A stretch of DNA of 64,000 bases. It comes from an uncultured Gammaproteobacteria bacterium. Lineage in GTDB: Bacteria; Pseudomonadota; Gammaproteobacteria; CAWCPV01. Position numbers and translations under genes: made by a program. Below are positions 1 through 9,715 of the stretch, one piece after another. Location of the stretch: assembly GCA_963797555.1 (NCBI GenBank), contig CAWCPV010000010.1, positions 83,877-147,876 of the forward strand, in the 5' to 3' direction. How positions within the stretch are numbered: the first letter of the stretch is position 1; each line of letters begins with the position of its first letter. The notes under the pieces were generated by a model. That model was not told where the DNA came from and searched no databases. It worked only from the letters and a program-made list of their open reading frames with translations.

Positions 1-2
1 CG

Positions 3-74
3 CTCGCGTTCCGCGACCTCCCCTATGCCGTCGAGGTCGAAACCGACACTGCGACCAGCGCCGAGGCACCCTGA
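3..74 (+). CDS. 3' end of a gene entering from the left edge (possibly YgfZ-like)
   Basis: Frame 3 reads LAFRDLPYAVEVETDTATSAEAP* with GC3-rich codons; the LPY near the C-terminus recalls YgfZ, but the fragment is too short to assign. Confidence 0.3.
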   Translation, partial: LAFRDLPYAVEVETDTATSAEAP

Positions 75-496
75 CGGGCGTTCGCAGCACCGCTTATCGT
101 AACGGCAGCGGCGGCTTCGCCTCGGGCATTGCTGCGGTCAATGCCTGCAGGAAGGCGGGCAGGTCCCACTCTCCCCAACCGTAGGTCTCAGGGGCACGAG
201 CAGGGGCGACTCCTGGGGACCGCCCACCGCCCCCGTCATAAGAAATCGATCACTTCCTCAGGGCGGCAAAAGCGCCCTCGTGCATGTAGCGTGCGGTCTG
301 GGTGACGGCGCGCAGGGTCGGCTCTTGAACGCCCCCCGGTGTCGCTCTGCTCCCTGGTCACAGTGCAGACGCTGGTATGTGCCCCTATACCCGACAGCCA
401 GCGATGCGCACGCGGCTCTGGTGCCGCCTCGGCCGTCAACCAGCGCGCCCGATGGCGCGACGTAGCGGATAGGCGGGACTTCGGCCGGCGACCCAC

Positions 497-532
497 AACA
501 AAAGACCCACCCCCCTCGCGGGGGATGGGTCT
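497..532 (-). terminator. Rho-independent terminator of the multiheme cytochrome gene
   Basis: Minus strand AGACCCATCCCCC-GCGA-GGGGGGTGGGTCT hairpin followed by TTTTGTT, about 20 nt after the stop at 553. Confidence 0.8.
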
Positions 533-552
533 GTGACACTCACCGGCTTTCG

Positions 553-3299
553 CTATTGCGCAGCGGTGACCACTGGCGCAGCAGGTCCCGGCGGCCCGAA
601 CGGGTTGGCGTGGCAGGTGCCGCAGCTCACCGCATCGCCCTGGTTCAGGGTCACGGTTTTAGTCTTCTTCCCATTGGGGATCTTGACCGAGCGGGTCTGG
701 GCTACCTCGGAGAGGATGGTGCCCGCGCCATCCTTCCCGTGGCAGATACCGCACTTGTTGTTCAAGGTCGCCTTCGTGGGATTCTGACCCAGGTACGTCT
801 GATGGTTATCAACCCACCATTGCGAGTAGTTGGTGCCGCTCTTGCTGCCGATAGGATGCAGGTTGTGCGGCCCATTGAGGGCGGTGTTGAGCGCGTATGT
901 TCCCGTGTGGCAAGTGTCGCACTCGATAACCTTGCCCGTGTGCCCCTGGAGCTGGCCTGCGGTCACGTTGTCGTTGGCGACGAAGCTCCCGCTCGGGGGC
1001 GGCCAAGCCCCACCGTTCGGCGCATTAGGCGTTACCGGCCACTCGGCGTGGGTGCTGCCGTGACACATCTCGCAGGCCACACCCTGGTGACCCCGTAATG
1101 CCGTGTCGCCGCTCGGCAGTGACACCGACCCGCCCTTGCTGAAGCGGTACAGGATGCGCTCGCCGTTCGCGGCCTGATCCTCGGCGAAGCGCGAGTTGGG
1201 CACGGAAATGGGCTGTGCGGCCGTGCTCGCATCGGGATAGGTGAACGTGTTCCATGCCTGCAGGAGCAGGAACGGAATCGGCTGGTTGCTGTCGTCCTTG
1301 GCGTAGATGAACCCCGTGGTGTCCGCCGGCTGGTTCACCGCGTCACCCACGTGGCAGGACTGGCAGCCCGGCTCGTTCGCCCACGGGACGCGCTTGGTCA
1401 GATCCGCCCCCTCGGGGAAAGGCGTCGCAACCGACATGTTCCCGGAGAAGTCGTTGCCGACCTGTGCCATGCTGCCGTGGCAGTCCGAGCAGTAGATATT
1501 GTCCGCCGCCATCACGCCGCGCAGGCACTTGGTGTAGGTGCCGGGGTGGCACTGGTAGCAGGTGCTCTCGGTCGCACACTGGGCGATCGTCTTACCCTGA
1601 GCCGCGCAATTGGTGCATTCGAGTCGGGAGTAAGTGCTGCTCGGCCATTCCAACGCCTGCGTCGTCGGGTTGTAGGTGCAGGCGCCAGTCGTCGCCTCGA
1701 CATCGGGAGAAGAAAATGTGCCTGCGGTCACCACCGTATTGCGGATCGCCTGATTGCTCGGCGGCGGCAGGAGGAACGGACTGAACCGGCTGCTCACGCT
1801 GTGCGCGTTGCGGTGGATCGCCCGCGACATGCTCGGCCTGACCCGCTGCGCGCGGCCGTTGGCAATACAGTCCTCAGGCTGCCCACCCTTGGCGGGACCG
1901 GCCGCATCCGGCGGACAGGTTGGGCTACCGCCATTGCTGTTCCCGTCGTCGTAAAGCAGTGAGCCACCCAGCGGGCCGACCTGGGCCAGGTCCAGCGCCG
2001 GGGTATAGTGGCAGGTCTGGCACACGACCGGGTTGCCGTTGAGCGCCCTGTACGTCAGACAGCCCGGAGTCGTGTCCGCCTGCTTGCCTGTCGTCGCCAC
2101 GCCCGGGGCTGACTGGCACGGGGCCGGATTGCCGGCGCTGTCGACATAGTTCCGCCCGTTGCTGTTGTCATGAAACCTCAGGATGTTGGTGTCCTGGCTG
2201 TACTCGACGCTCACATTGAGGGGCAGGTCGCCGTACTTCGGGTCCTCGAAGGCGGCCGCGGCAGTGCCGAGGGTGGCGTTGAGCGCGATGGGGTTGACCA
2301 CGGAGGTCTCCAGGGGATAGGTCGGAGCTCCACGCCCCCGTTGGAGGGGTCGTTGCTGGTATGGCAGTTCTTGCAGTCGGCCTCGCCGGAGATCGGGGCC
2401 ACCGTGTCGACGGTCGCCAGCACCGTCTGCTTCTTGCCGCCGACAGAGACCGCCGATACCCGCATGAGCGGATAGGGATTCACCCGCGCGGAGTCGTCGA
2501 AGGTGGTGAGCGGGATGCCGTCCGCCGAAAACCAGTTCATATTCGCAAGCTGGTAGCCGAACGGGAAGTCGACGAAAAACTGCAGGTAGGTATCGAAACG
2601 TGCAAAGCCCTGCGGCGCGTTTGCAACGTGCGGATTGCTGATACCGGGCATCGTTGCCTGGGCGACGTCCAGGCCGGGCAGGAACGCCGGGTCGGGGACG
2701 ATGAGCCCCGTATCGGCCGGAATGCCGCTCGTGATATCGGCCGGGTAGAACGGGTCATAGGAGCCGTTCGGGATCGGATAGTCCCAGAAGTTGGTCTTGT
2801 AGACGCCCAGGAAACTCGGGAACGCGGGAGGCACACTGGTGCACTGATTCCCGTTGTTTGCGTCGCACTCGCCGACGACATTGAAGCCCGGCGGCTGGGG
2901 ATTGCTCGGGTTAAAGACGATGTCGTTCGCACTAGATGCGGCCGAATAGTACACCTTTGTCTGACTGCCGTTCAGGATCGATGGATGCGCGCCCTTCTGG
3001 ATGACCTGGGTGTGCAGCACATTGAACGGCGGCAGGATGCTCAGCAGGCGTGTATCCAGGTCCCCGCAATGCATGCCGAGGTCGTTGACCGACATCACGA
3101 CGTAGCTCCCGCCCAGCGCCGTCGACTGCTGCGGCACGGCGCTGGCCGGTTGGCTGTCCGCGTTCTGGCTCGTCGAGTTGATTGACACAGCGGGCGGCGG
3201 GGGCGGGGGCTTCTTGGCGGTCGCCAAATCCGGCCATGAAACGGATGTCGCTAGCGCCATCACCGCGGCGCCGATTACGGTTCGTCTACAAGGTATCAT
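553..3299 (-). CDS. Large exported multiheme cytochrome c (9 CxxCH), split by a 1-nt frameshift near 2335
   Basis: RBS AAGGAGGAG before ATG 3299; signal-peptide-like N-terminus; NDLGMHC...SILPPFN motif; CKNCH in ORF 2211..3335, and CQTCH, CYQCH, CSDCH, CQSCH, CEMCH, CDTCH, CGICH, CGTCH in ORF 553..2301. Adding one base near the C5 run 2335-2339 joins the frames (~915 aa). Confidence 0.85.
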
Positions 3300-3607
3300 G
3301 GGGCGTGCTCCTCCTTGCCTCGGTTCCTCCAGCACCGCCCTCGGCTTCCGAGCCCGTGGTCCTCTCCGGACTCAGCCGAGGTGCGGCGGACCCTCTCCCT
3401 GTCGCTCGCCCGGCGTTGCCGCCGAGGAGAGGCATTCACCCCCACGTCCTGATTCCCGCCGAATCATCGGCCGACCGCCACATTCCCCTTGCAGTGGTCA
3501 CCAACCGCCTCTGTCGGCTTCTGTTCGCGCGCCGCAGGCTCCATCCCGGAGCCGCGCTTTACTCCGCGGGCTCGCTGCTTACGTAATCAACCCCACGGTG
3601 GACGATG

Positions 3608-3650
3608 ATGGTACGGGCACGCAACAAGGCTTTCTGTGACAATCGTCACA
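3608..3650 (-). promoter_or_regulatory. Class II Crp/Fnr-dependent promoter: TGTGA-N6-TCACA box plus -10 TACCAT
   Basis: TGTGACAATCGTCACA at 3635-3650 is a perfect CRP-type palindrome; minus-strand TACCAT at 3613-3608 places +1 near 3601, so the box is centred at -41.5. Confidence 0.75.
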
Positions 3651-3694
3651 AAACGAATTCTTTACATAGGTAGAAGCTGGCCGAGGGCTCGCGG

Positions 3695-4384
3695 TCAGCC
3701 CGCTGTGCCGGAGCCAGCCAGGAGATGGAGCGCTACCTCGTCGCGCAGCACGATGCGCCCCCTTTGAAGCTCCACTGCCCCGACGCGCTCGAACTCCTTG
3801 AGCAGGCGGCTGACAACCTCGCGCGCGGTGGCCAACTCGTCGGCCAACCGCTGGTGCGTGATGACAATCCGCGGGGGCCGGGAGTCCGACATCGTGAACC
3901 GGGCCCTCAGAAATTGCGCGAGACGCTGCTCCAAGGTACCGAAGGCCACGTTTTGCAACAGGGTCGTGACGGCTACGAAACGCGCACGGATCTCCTCGAA
4001 CACGAAACGGCGCGCGGCGTCGTCCCGCGCGACCCAGTGCCGGAACGTCGTCCCGTTGCAGGTCACCGCCTCCGCATCGCGCTCCGCCTCCGAGGTCGCG
4101 GGAGCTTCCGAGCCGAGGAGCACGCACAGCATGTTGATGGGGCAAGCCTCGCCGGGCGCCACGCGATACAGGGTGATGTCGCGCCCCCCGCGGCCGGTGA
4201 CATGGACCCGCAGCCTTCCGCTCCCGATGATGGCGAACTGCTTACAGGGCTGTCCCTGTTCGAACAGCCGCTCGCCGGCCCGCAGGCGCACGAAGGTCGC
4301 GGCCCGCTCGATCTCGCTGTGCAACGGTTCTGGGGCTTCCACGTAGAGCCTGCAACGCTGCAGGATAGCGAGCTTGGCGGTCAC
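3695..4384 (-). CDS. Crp/Fnr family transcriptional regulator
   Basis: cNMP-binding-like domain (LFEQGQPC...GRLRV...GRDITLYRVAPGEAC) and C-terminal HTH THQRLADELATAREVVSRLLKEF; lacks the N-terminal Cys cluster of FNR. Confidence 0.9.
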   Translation of the reverse strand: MTAKLAILQRCRLYVEAPEPLHSEIERAATFVRLRAGERLFEQGQPCKQFAIIGSGRLRVHVTGRGGRDITLYRVAPGEACPINMLCVLLGSEAPATSEAERDAEAVTCNGTTFRHWVARDDAARRFVFEEIRARFVAVTTLLQNVAFGTLEQRLAQFLRARFTMSDSRPPRIVITHQRLADELATAREVVSRLLKEFERVGAVELQRGRIVLRDEVALHLLAGSGTAG

Positions 4385-4841
4385 GACACGTTCTCCGGGT
4401 GGCCTACCACCGACGTGGAGCGGGCAGCGGAATGGGGACGCAGCCGCCGCACGCGGGCGCGGAGCGGCACATGCAGGATTCTTGAAGAGCGCCGCCTACG
4501 GACAGCCCGGTGCCGGCGACGCACGGCCGCAGGTGACCTCGGCCGAGAACGGCAAGGAGAATACAGGAAAGCGCTTCGAAAACAAAGCGTTTCCCGGCTC
4601 AAGACAAAACGCGCGAGGCCCCCGTGAGCGCTTCGCGCGGCGAGCGGAGCATCCCTGAAGTGAGGCACACCGCTCCGGAACCGCGATCGCGGGCCGGCCC
4701 CAGGGGTCCATCTCAGTGACTCGCCGCTTCGTGACGGGTGCCAAGGAGGGGGATTTTCGCTCGAGGCCGCGTCCTGCTTTATCACGAATTGCTCCAGCCC
4801 GTATACTTAGGCTTGTCCCGCTCTCCGAAGAAGGCAGTCCG

Positions 4842-5789
4842 TTGACCCCCGCCGAGCCCCGTTCGATCTCTGCGTCCGCCAACGTCTCCACCTTCCAGGG
4901 CCTGATCCTGGCGCTCCAGGGCTATTGGGCGGCCAAGGGTTGCGTGGTGCTTCAGCCCTATGACATGGAGGTAGGTGCCGGCACCTTTCACCCGGCGACT
5001 TTCCTGCGAGCCATCGGGCCGGAGCCCTGGAGCGCGGCTTACGTGCAGCCCTCCCGCCGCCCGACGGACGGCCGTTATGGCGACAACCCCAACCGCTTGC
5101 AGCGCTACTACCAGTTCCAGGTGGTCATCAAGCCCTCGCCGGCAGATATCCAGGAGCTGTATCTGGACTCCCTGCGCACGCTGGGAATCGACCCGCTCGT
5201 GCACGACATCCGTTTCGTCGAGGACGACTGGGAGTCCCCCACGCTGGGGGCTTGGGGACTGGGCTGGGAGATTTGGCTGAATGGCATGGAGGTCACTCAG
5301 TTCACCTATTTCCAGCAAGTCGGGGGGCTGGATTGCCGTCCGGTCATGGGCGAGATTACCTACGGTCTGGAGCGTATCGCCATGTATCTCCAGGGGGCGG
5401 AAAGCGTATTCGACCTGGTGTGGACGGACGGCCCCTTGGGGAAGGTGACCTATGGGGACGTGTTCCACCAGAATGAAGTGGAGATGTCGGCGTACAACTT
5501 CGAGCATGCCGATACGCGGTTGCTGTTCGCGGCCTTCGATGCCTCCGAGGCGGAGAGCCAGAAGCTCGTGGCCGCGGGCCTGCCGCTTCCGGCCTATGAG
5601 ATGGTGCTCAAGGCGTCTCATGTGTTCAACCTGCTGGACGCTCGCCAGGCCATCTCCGTGACGGAGCGTGCCCGCTACATCCTGCGCGTGCGGTCGCTGG
5701 CCAGGGCGGTGGCGGAGGCGTATTACGCAAGGCGCGAGGGCCTGGGCTTCCCGATGCTCCAGGGACGACAGGAGGCCGTCGGTGGCTGA
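4842..5789 (+). CDS. glyQ: Glycine--tRNA ligase alpha subunit
   Basis: [59 protein letters not shown]; start TTG 4842 chosen from GAAGG upstream (uncertain). Confidence 0.97.
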   Translation: MTPAEPRSISASANVSTFQGLILALQGYWAAKGCVVLQPYDMEVGAGTFHPATFLRAIGPEPWSAAYVQPSRRPTDGRYGDNPNRLQRYYQFQVVIKPSPADIQELYLDSLRTLGIDPLVHDIRFVEDDWESPTLGAWGLGWEIWLNGMEVTQFTYFQQVGGLDCRPVMGEITYGLERIAMYLQGAESVFDLVWTDGPLGKVTYGDVFHQNEVEMSAYNFEHADTRLLFAAFDASEAESQKLVAAGLPLPAYEMVLKASHVFNLLDARQAISVTERARYILRVRSLARAVAEAYYARREGLGFPMLQGRQEAVGG

Positions 5790-7875
5790 GGTGCGCGACC
5801 TGCTGGTCGAGATCGGGACCGAAGAGCTTCCGCCGCGCGCCCTGAAGACGCTGTCCGAGTCCTTGCAGACGGCCCTCGTGAAGGGTTTGGACGCGGCACA
5901 GTTGCCTCATGACGGAGCGCGCGCCTATGCGACTCCCCGGCGCCTGGCGCTGTGGGTGCAGGGCCTGGCCGCCGCCCAACCGGATCGCCTGCGCGAGCGT
6001 CGCGGACCGGCGCTCAGCGCCGCCTTCGACCGGGGCGGAGCACCGACCCAGGCCGCGCTGGGATTCGCCCGTTCCTGCGGTGTGGACCTGCAGGCCCTCG
6101 ATCGGGTGGAGACGGACAAGGGGGCCTGGCTGATGTTTCGCGCCTGGGACCCGGGTCGGGCGACGGCGGATCTCATCCCGGACCTACTGCGTCAGGCGCT
6201 GAACCAGCTCCCGATCCCCAGACCGATGCGCTGGGGCGACCTGGACGAGCCGTTTGTGCGGCCGGTGCACTGGTTGGTGGTGCTGTTCGGCGACCAGGTG
6301 ATTCCGGTGCGCATGTTCGGCGTGACGGCCGAACGCGTCACTTACGGCCACCGCTTTCATCATCCGGGGCCCCTGCGCATCAGCGACTGCGCTGCTTACG
6401 CCTCCCTCCTCGGGGGCGAAGGGCGCGTACTGGCAGACTTCTCGGTGCGCCGCGAGGTGATTCGCGCCCAGGTCGACGAGGCGGCCGCATCTCTGGGCGG
6501 GCGGGCGCGCATCGATGAGTCTCTGCTAGACCAGGTGACCGGGCTGGTGGAGTGGCCGATGGCCCTGGCAGGGGCGTTCGAGGAGCGATACCTCGGACTG
6601 CCGCCGGAGGTCGTCATCGCCTCCCTCAAGGATCACCAGAAGTGCTTCCACGTCGTGGGTGACGACGGGGCGCTCCTGCCCTGCTTCGTCGCCGTGGCCA
6701 ACATCGAGAGCCGGCGTCCGGAGCTGGTGCGCGCGGGCAATGAACGTGTCATCCGACCGCGCCTTGCGGACGCCGCATTCTTCTGGGATCGGGACCGCAC
6801 CCAGACGTTGGGGAGCCGTTACGGGGCGCTGCAGCACGTGGTCTTCGAGGAGCGGCTGGGCACCATGGGGGACCGGGTACGGCGCATCGGCGCCTTGGCA
6901 GGGGAGATCGCGCCGCGGATCGGGGCCGATCGCGCACTTGCCGAACGAGCCGCCTTCCTGTGCAAGTGCGACCTGATGACCCACATGGTGGGGGAGTTTC
7001 CCGAGCTGCAGGGGGTGATGGGGCGCTACTATGCCTTGCACGATGGCGAGGCGGAGCAGGTCGCCGGCGCCATCGAAGAGCATTATCGACCGCGTTTCGC
7101 CGGCGATCACCTTCCGCACACTCCCACGGGACAAACGCTGGCGATCGCGGACCGGCTGGATACCTTGGTGGGCATCTTCAGCCTAGGACAGGGACCGAGC
7201 GGAGACAAGGATCCCTTTGGCCTGAGACGTGCCGCCCTGGCCGTGCTGCGTGTCCTCATCGAAGGGCGCTTGCCGTTGGACCTCTGGGAGTTGCTGGACG
7301 CCGCCGCTCGGGAGTATGGCGACCCCGGTATCCCCATGGTAACGGTGGGAGACGTCTTCGATTTCATGATGGAGCGGCTGCGCGCGTATTACCTCGACCA
7401 GGGCATACGCCCCGACGAGATCGAAACAGTATTGGGGGTCAGCGAGATCCGCCAGCCCTACGATTTCGACCAGCGGGTGCGGGCGGTCGCGTTGTTCCGC
7501 CGGCTGCCGGAGGCTGAAGCTTTGACCGCCGCCAACAAGCGTATCCGCAACATCCTGCGGCAGGCCGAGCGGGAAGGGGACGCGACAGCGGGAGATGTGA
7601 ATCCGGATCTCCTGATCGCCGATCAGGAGAAGGAACTACACCGGCAGCTCCGCGCCATCAAGGAGGAAGTACGCTCATCGTTCGACGCGAGCCCGTACGG
7701 CTATACCGAGGTGTTGACCCTACTCGCGAGACTGCGCACCCCGGTCGACCGATTCTTCGATGGAGTGATGGTGCGTAGCGAGGACCCCGGCCTGCGTGCC
7801 AACCGGCTGGCGCTGCTGCGCCTGATCACGGGGCTGTTCGGCAGGGTGGCGGACATCTCGCGGCTTCAGGGCTGA
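5782..7875 (+). CDS. glyS: Glycine--tRNA ligase beta subunit
   Basis: [23 protein letters not shown]...[30 protein letters not shown]; GTG start overlaps the glyQ end. Confidence 0.97.
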   Translation: MAEVRDLLVEIGTEELPPRALKTLSESLQTALVKGLDAAQLPHDGARAYATPRRLALWVQGLAAAQPDRLRERRGPALSAAFDRGGAPTQAALGFARSCGVDLQALDRVETDKGAWLMFRAWDPGRATADLIPDLLRQALNQLPIPRPMRWGDLDEPFVRPVHWLVVLFGDQVIPVRMFGVTAERVTYGHRFHHPGPLRISDCAAYASLLGGEGRVLADFSVRREVIRAQVDEAAASLGGRARIDESLLDQVTGLVEWPMALAGAFEERYLGLPPEVVIASLKDHQKCFHVVGDDGALLPCFVAVANIESRRPELVRAGNERVIRPRLADAAFFWDRDRTQTLGSRYGALQHVVFEERLGTMGDRVRRIGALAGEIAPRIGADRALAERAAFLCKCDLMTHMVGEFPELQGVMGRYYALHDGEAEQVAGAIEEHYRPRFAGDHLPHTPTGQTLAIADRLDTLVGIFSLGQGPSGDKDPFGLRRAALAVLRVLIEGRLPLDLWELLDAAAREYGDPGIPMVTVGDVFDFMMERLRAYYLDQGIRPDEIETVLGVSEIRQPYDFDQRVRAVALFRRLPEAEALTAANKRIRNILRQAEREGDATAGDVNPDLLIADQEKELHRQLRAIKEEVRSSFDASPYGYTEVLTLLARLRTPVDRFFDGVMVRSEDPGLRANRLALLRLITGLFGRVADISRLQG

Positions 7876-7935
7876 CCGTCCAGGCCGTAGTCCATATGCG
7901 ATGGCGCCGGCCGGAGCGAGCCTGACAGAGGTTTT

Positions 7936-8274
7936 ATGACGGACAAGGACTCCGACTCCTACCAGGCGATGCTGGCGGCCGTGCAGGCATTCCACGACAA
8001 GCACGACTTCAAGAAGACGGGAGGTGAGGAGCTGACCTACCGAGTCGCTCTCATGGCCGAGGAGCTCGGCGAGATCTCCTCCTGCGTGACCAAGGGAAAG
8101 AGCAAGGAAAGCTTGGCCGAGGAGTGCGCCGACCTCTTCATCCTGCTCATCGGTACCGCTATCGCGGGAGACTTCGACCTGAGGGAGGCATTCTGGGACA
8201 AGATCGCCGAGGTCCGCAAGCGGGGCGCCCGGATGATCGGGGGACGCATCCGGGTCTCGGACTTCAGGGACTAG
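7936..8274 (+). CDS. MazG-like nucleotide pyrophosphohydrolase
   Basis: LMAEELGEI...LAEECADL acidic motif of all-alpha NTP pyrophosphatases. Confidence 0.8.
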   Translation: MTDKDSDSYQAMLAAVQAFHDKHDFKKTGGEELTYRVALMAEELGEISSCVTKGKSKESLAEECADLFILLIGTAIAGDFDLREAFWDKIAEVRKRGARMIGGRIRVSDFRD

Positions 8275-8277
8275 GCC

Positions 8278-8817
8278 GTGCAGCTCGTTATCCTGGACCG
8301 CGACGGAGTGATCAACCACGACAGAAAGGACTACATCCGATCCCCTGCCGACTGGCGTCCGATACCAGGCAGCTTGGCTGCGATCGCGCGATTGAACCAG
8401 GCGGGCTATCGGGTCGTGGTGGCGACGAATCAGTCCGGCCTGGCGCGGGGCCTGTTGACCGTGGACGACCTGTTCCGCATCCACGAGAAGATGCACCAGG
8501 CGCTGGCTCAGGTGGGTGGACAGATCGACGCGGTGTTCTTCTGCCCCCATGGCCCCGGCGATGACTGCGAGTGCCGCAAGCCGCGCCCCGGACTGTTGCT
8601 GGACATCGGTCGTCGGCTGCGGCTGGACCTACAGGACGTGCCGGTGGTCGGTGATGCTCTGCGCAACGTCCAGGCGGCGCAGGCGGTAGGGGCCAGGCCT
8701 ATCCTGGTGCGCACCGGCAAGGGGCGGGAAACCGAGCAGCGGGCTGAGGGACTGGAGGGCGTCGAGGTCTTCGACGACCTGGCGTCCCTCGCCCAGCACC
8801 TGGCACTGCAGAGCTAG
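8278..8817 (+). CDS. gmhB: D-glycero-beta-D-manno-heptose 1,7-bisphosphate 7-phosphatase
   Basis: ILDRDGVIN, VATNQSG, CPHGPGDDCECRKP, LVRTGKG; usual glyS-gmhB-plsC context. Confidence 0.92.
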   Translation: MQLVILDRDGVINHDRKDYIRSPADWRPIPGSLAAIARLNQAGYRVVVATNQSGLARGLLTVDDLFRIHEKMHQALAQVGGQIDAVFFCPHGPGDDCECRKPRPGLLLDIGRRLRLDLQDVPVVGDALRNVQAAQAVGARPILVRTGKGRETEQRAEGLEGVEVFDDLASLAQHLALQS

Positions 8818-8819
8818 GG

Positions 8820-9626
8820 GTGTCCTCCGGGCCAGGGGACGGGCCGGTTTCCGGCGCGGCGGCTCCCCACGCGAGTGTGCCGGGTGCGCTCGTGTTCGTC
8901 CGCTCCCTGGCTTATGCCGTGGGACAGGTCGCCTCCACCCTGGTGTTCGGGCTGCTGTCGCCGCTCACCTTCCCGTTACCGTTCCACGTGCGTTACGGGT
9001 TCATCAGCCGGTGGAGCCGATTCAATCTATGGTGGCTGGAGAAGACCTGCCGGCTCGGCTATCGCGTCGAGGGCGTGCACAACATTCCCCCGGGCAACGG
9101 TATCGTGCTCAGCAAGCATCAGTCCGGCTGGGAGACCTTGGGCCTGCAGCTTCTCTTCCCGCCGCAAGTGTGGGTCGTCAAGCGCGAGCTGCTGCGCCTC
9201 CCCTTCTTCGGCTGGGGCCTGGCCATGCTGGAGCCCATCGCCATTGACCGCAAGGCGGGGCGCAAGGCGCTGGACCAGCTCGTCTCCCAGGGCAGGAAGC
9301 GGCTGCAGGCGGGACGCTGGGTGGTAGTGTTTCCCGAGGGCACGCGCGTGCCCTCGGGGGCGAGAGGCCGCTATGGCATCGGGGGCGCCATGCTGGCGCA
9401 AAAGACCGGTTATCCGGTGATCCCCGTGGCGCACAATGCAGGCGAGTTCTGGCCGCGGCGTAGCTTCACCAAGCGCCCGGGGACCATCCAAGTGGTGATC
9501 GGTCCGCTCATCGACAGCCGCGGCCACAGCGCGGCCGAGATCAACGCGGCCGCGGAGCAGTGGATCGAGCAGACGATGCAACGAATCAGCGCGGTGACGA
9601 GCGAAGCTGCCGGTGGGCCCGTATGA
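8820..9626 (+). CDS. plsC: 1-acyl-sn-glycerol-3-phosphate acyltransferase
   Basis: SKHQSGWET, KRELL, FPEGTR motifs. Confidence 0.88.
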   Translation: MSSGPGDGPVSGAAAPHASVPGALVFVRSLAYAVGQVASTLVFGLLSPLTFPLPFHVRYGFISRWSRFNLWWLEKTCRLGYRVEGVHNIPPGNGIVLSKHQSGWETLGLQLLFPPQVWVVKRELLRLPFFGWGLAMLEPIAIDRKAGRKALDQLVSQGRKRLQAGRWVVVFPEGTRVPSGARGRYGIGGAMLAQKTGYPVIPVAHNAGEFWPRRSFTKRPGTIQVVIGPLIDSRGHSAAEINAAAEQWIEQTMQRISAVTSEAAGGPV

Positions 9627-9715
9627 CGGGGTGGAGGATAGCTGTTTCGCCGCCCGCTGATCTCCCAGCGCGACACACCGGGACAGAGTAACTCGGCGGC
9701 CTGGGATCTGCGCAG

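Noticed and set aside
2320-2345. Programmed ribosomal frameshift in the cytochrome gene
   Set aside because: No X XXY YYZ slippery heptamer is evident, and similar indels occur elsewhere in the contig.
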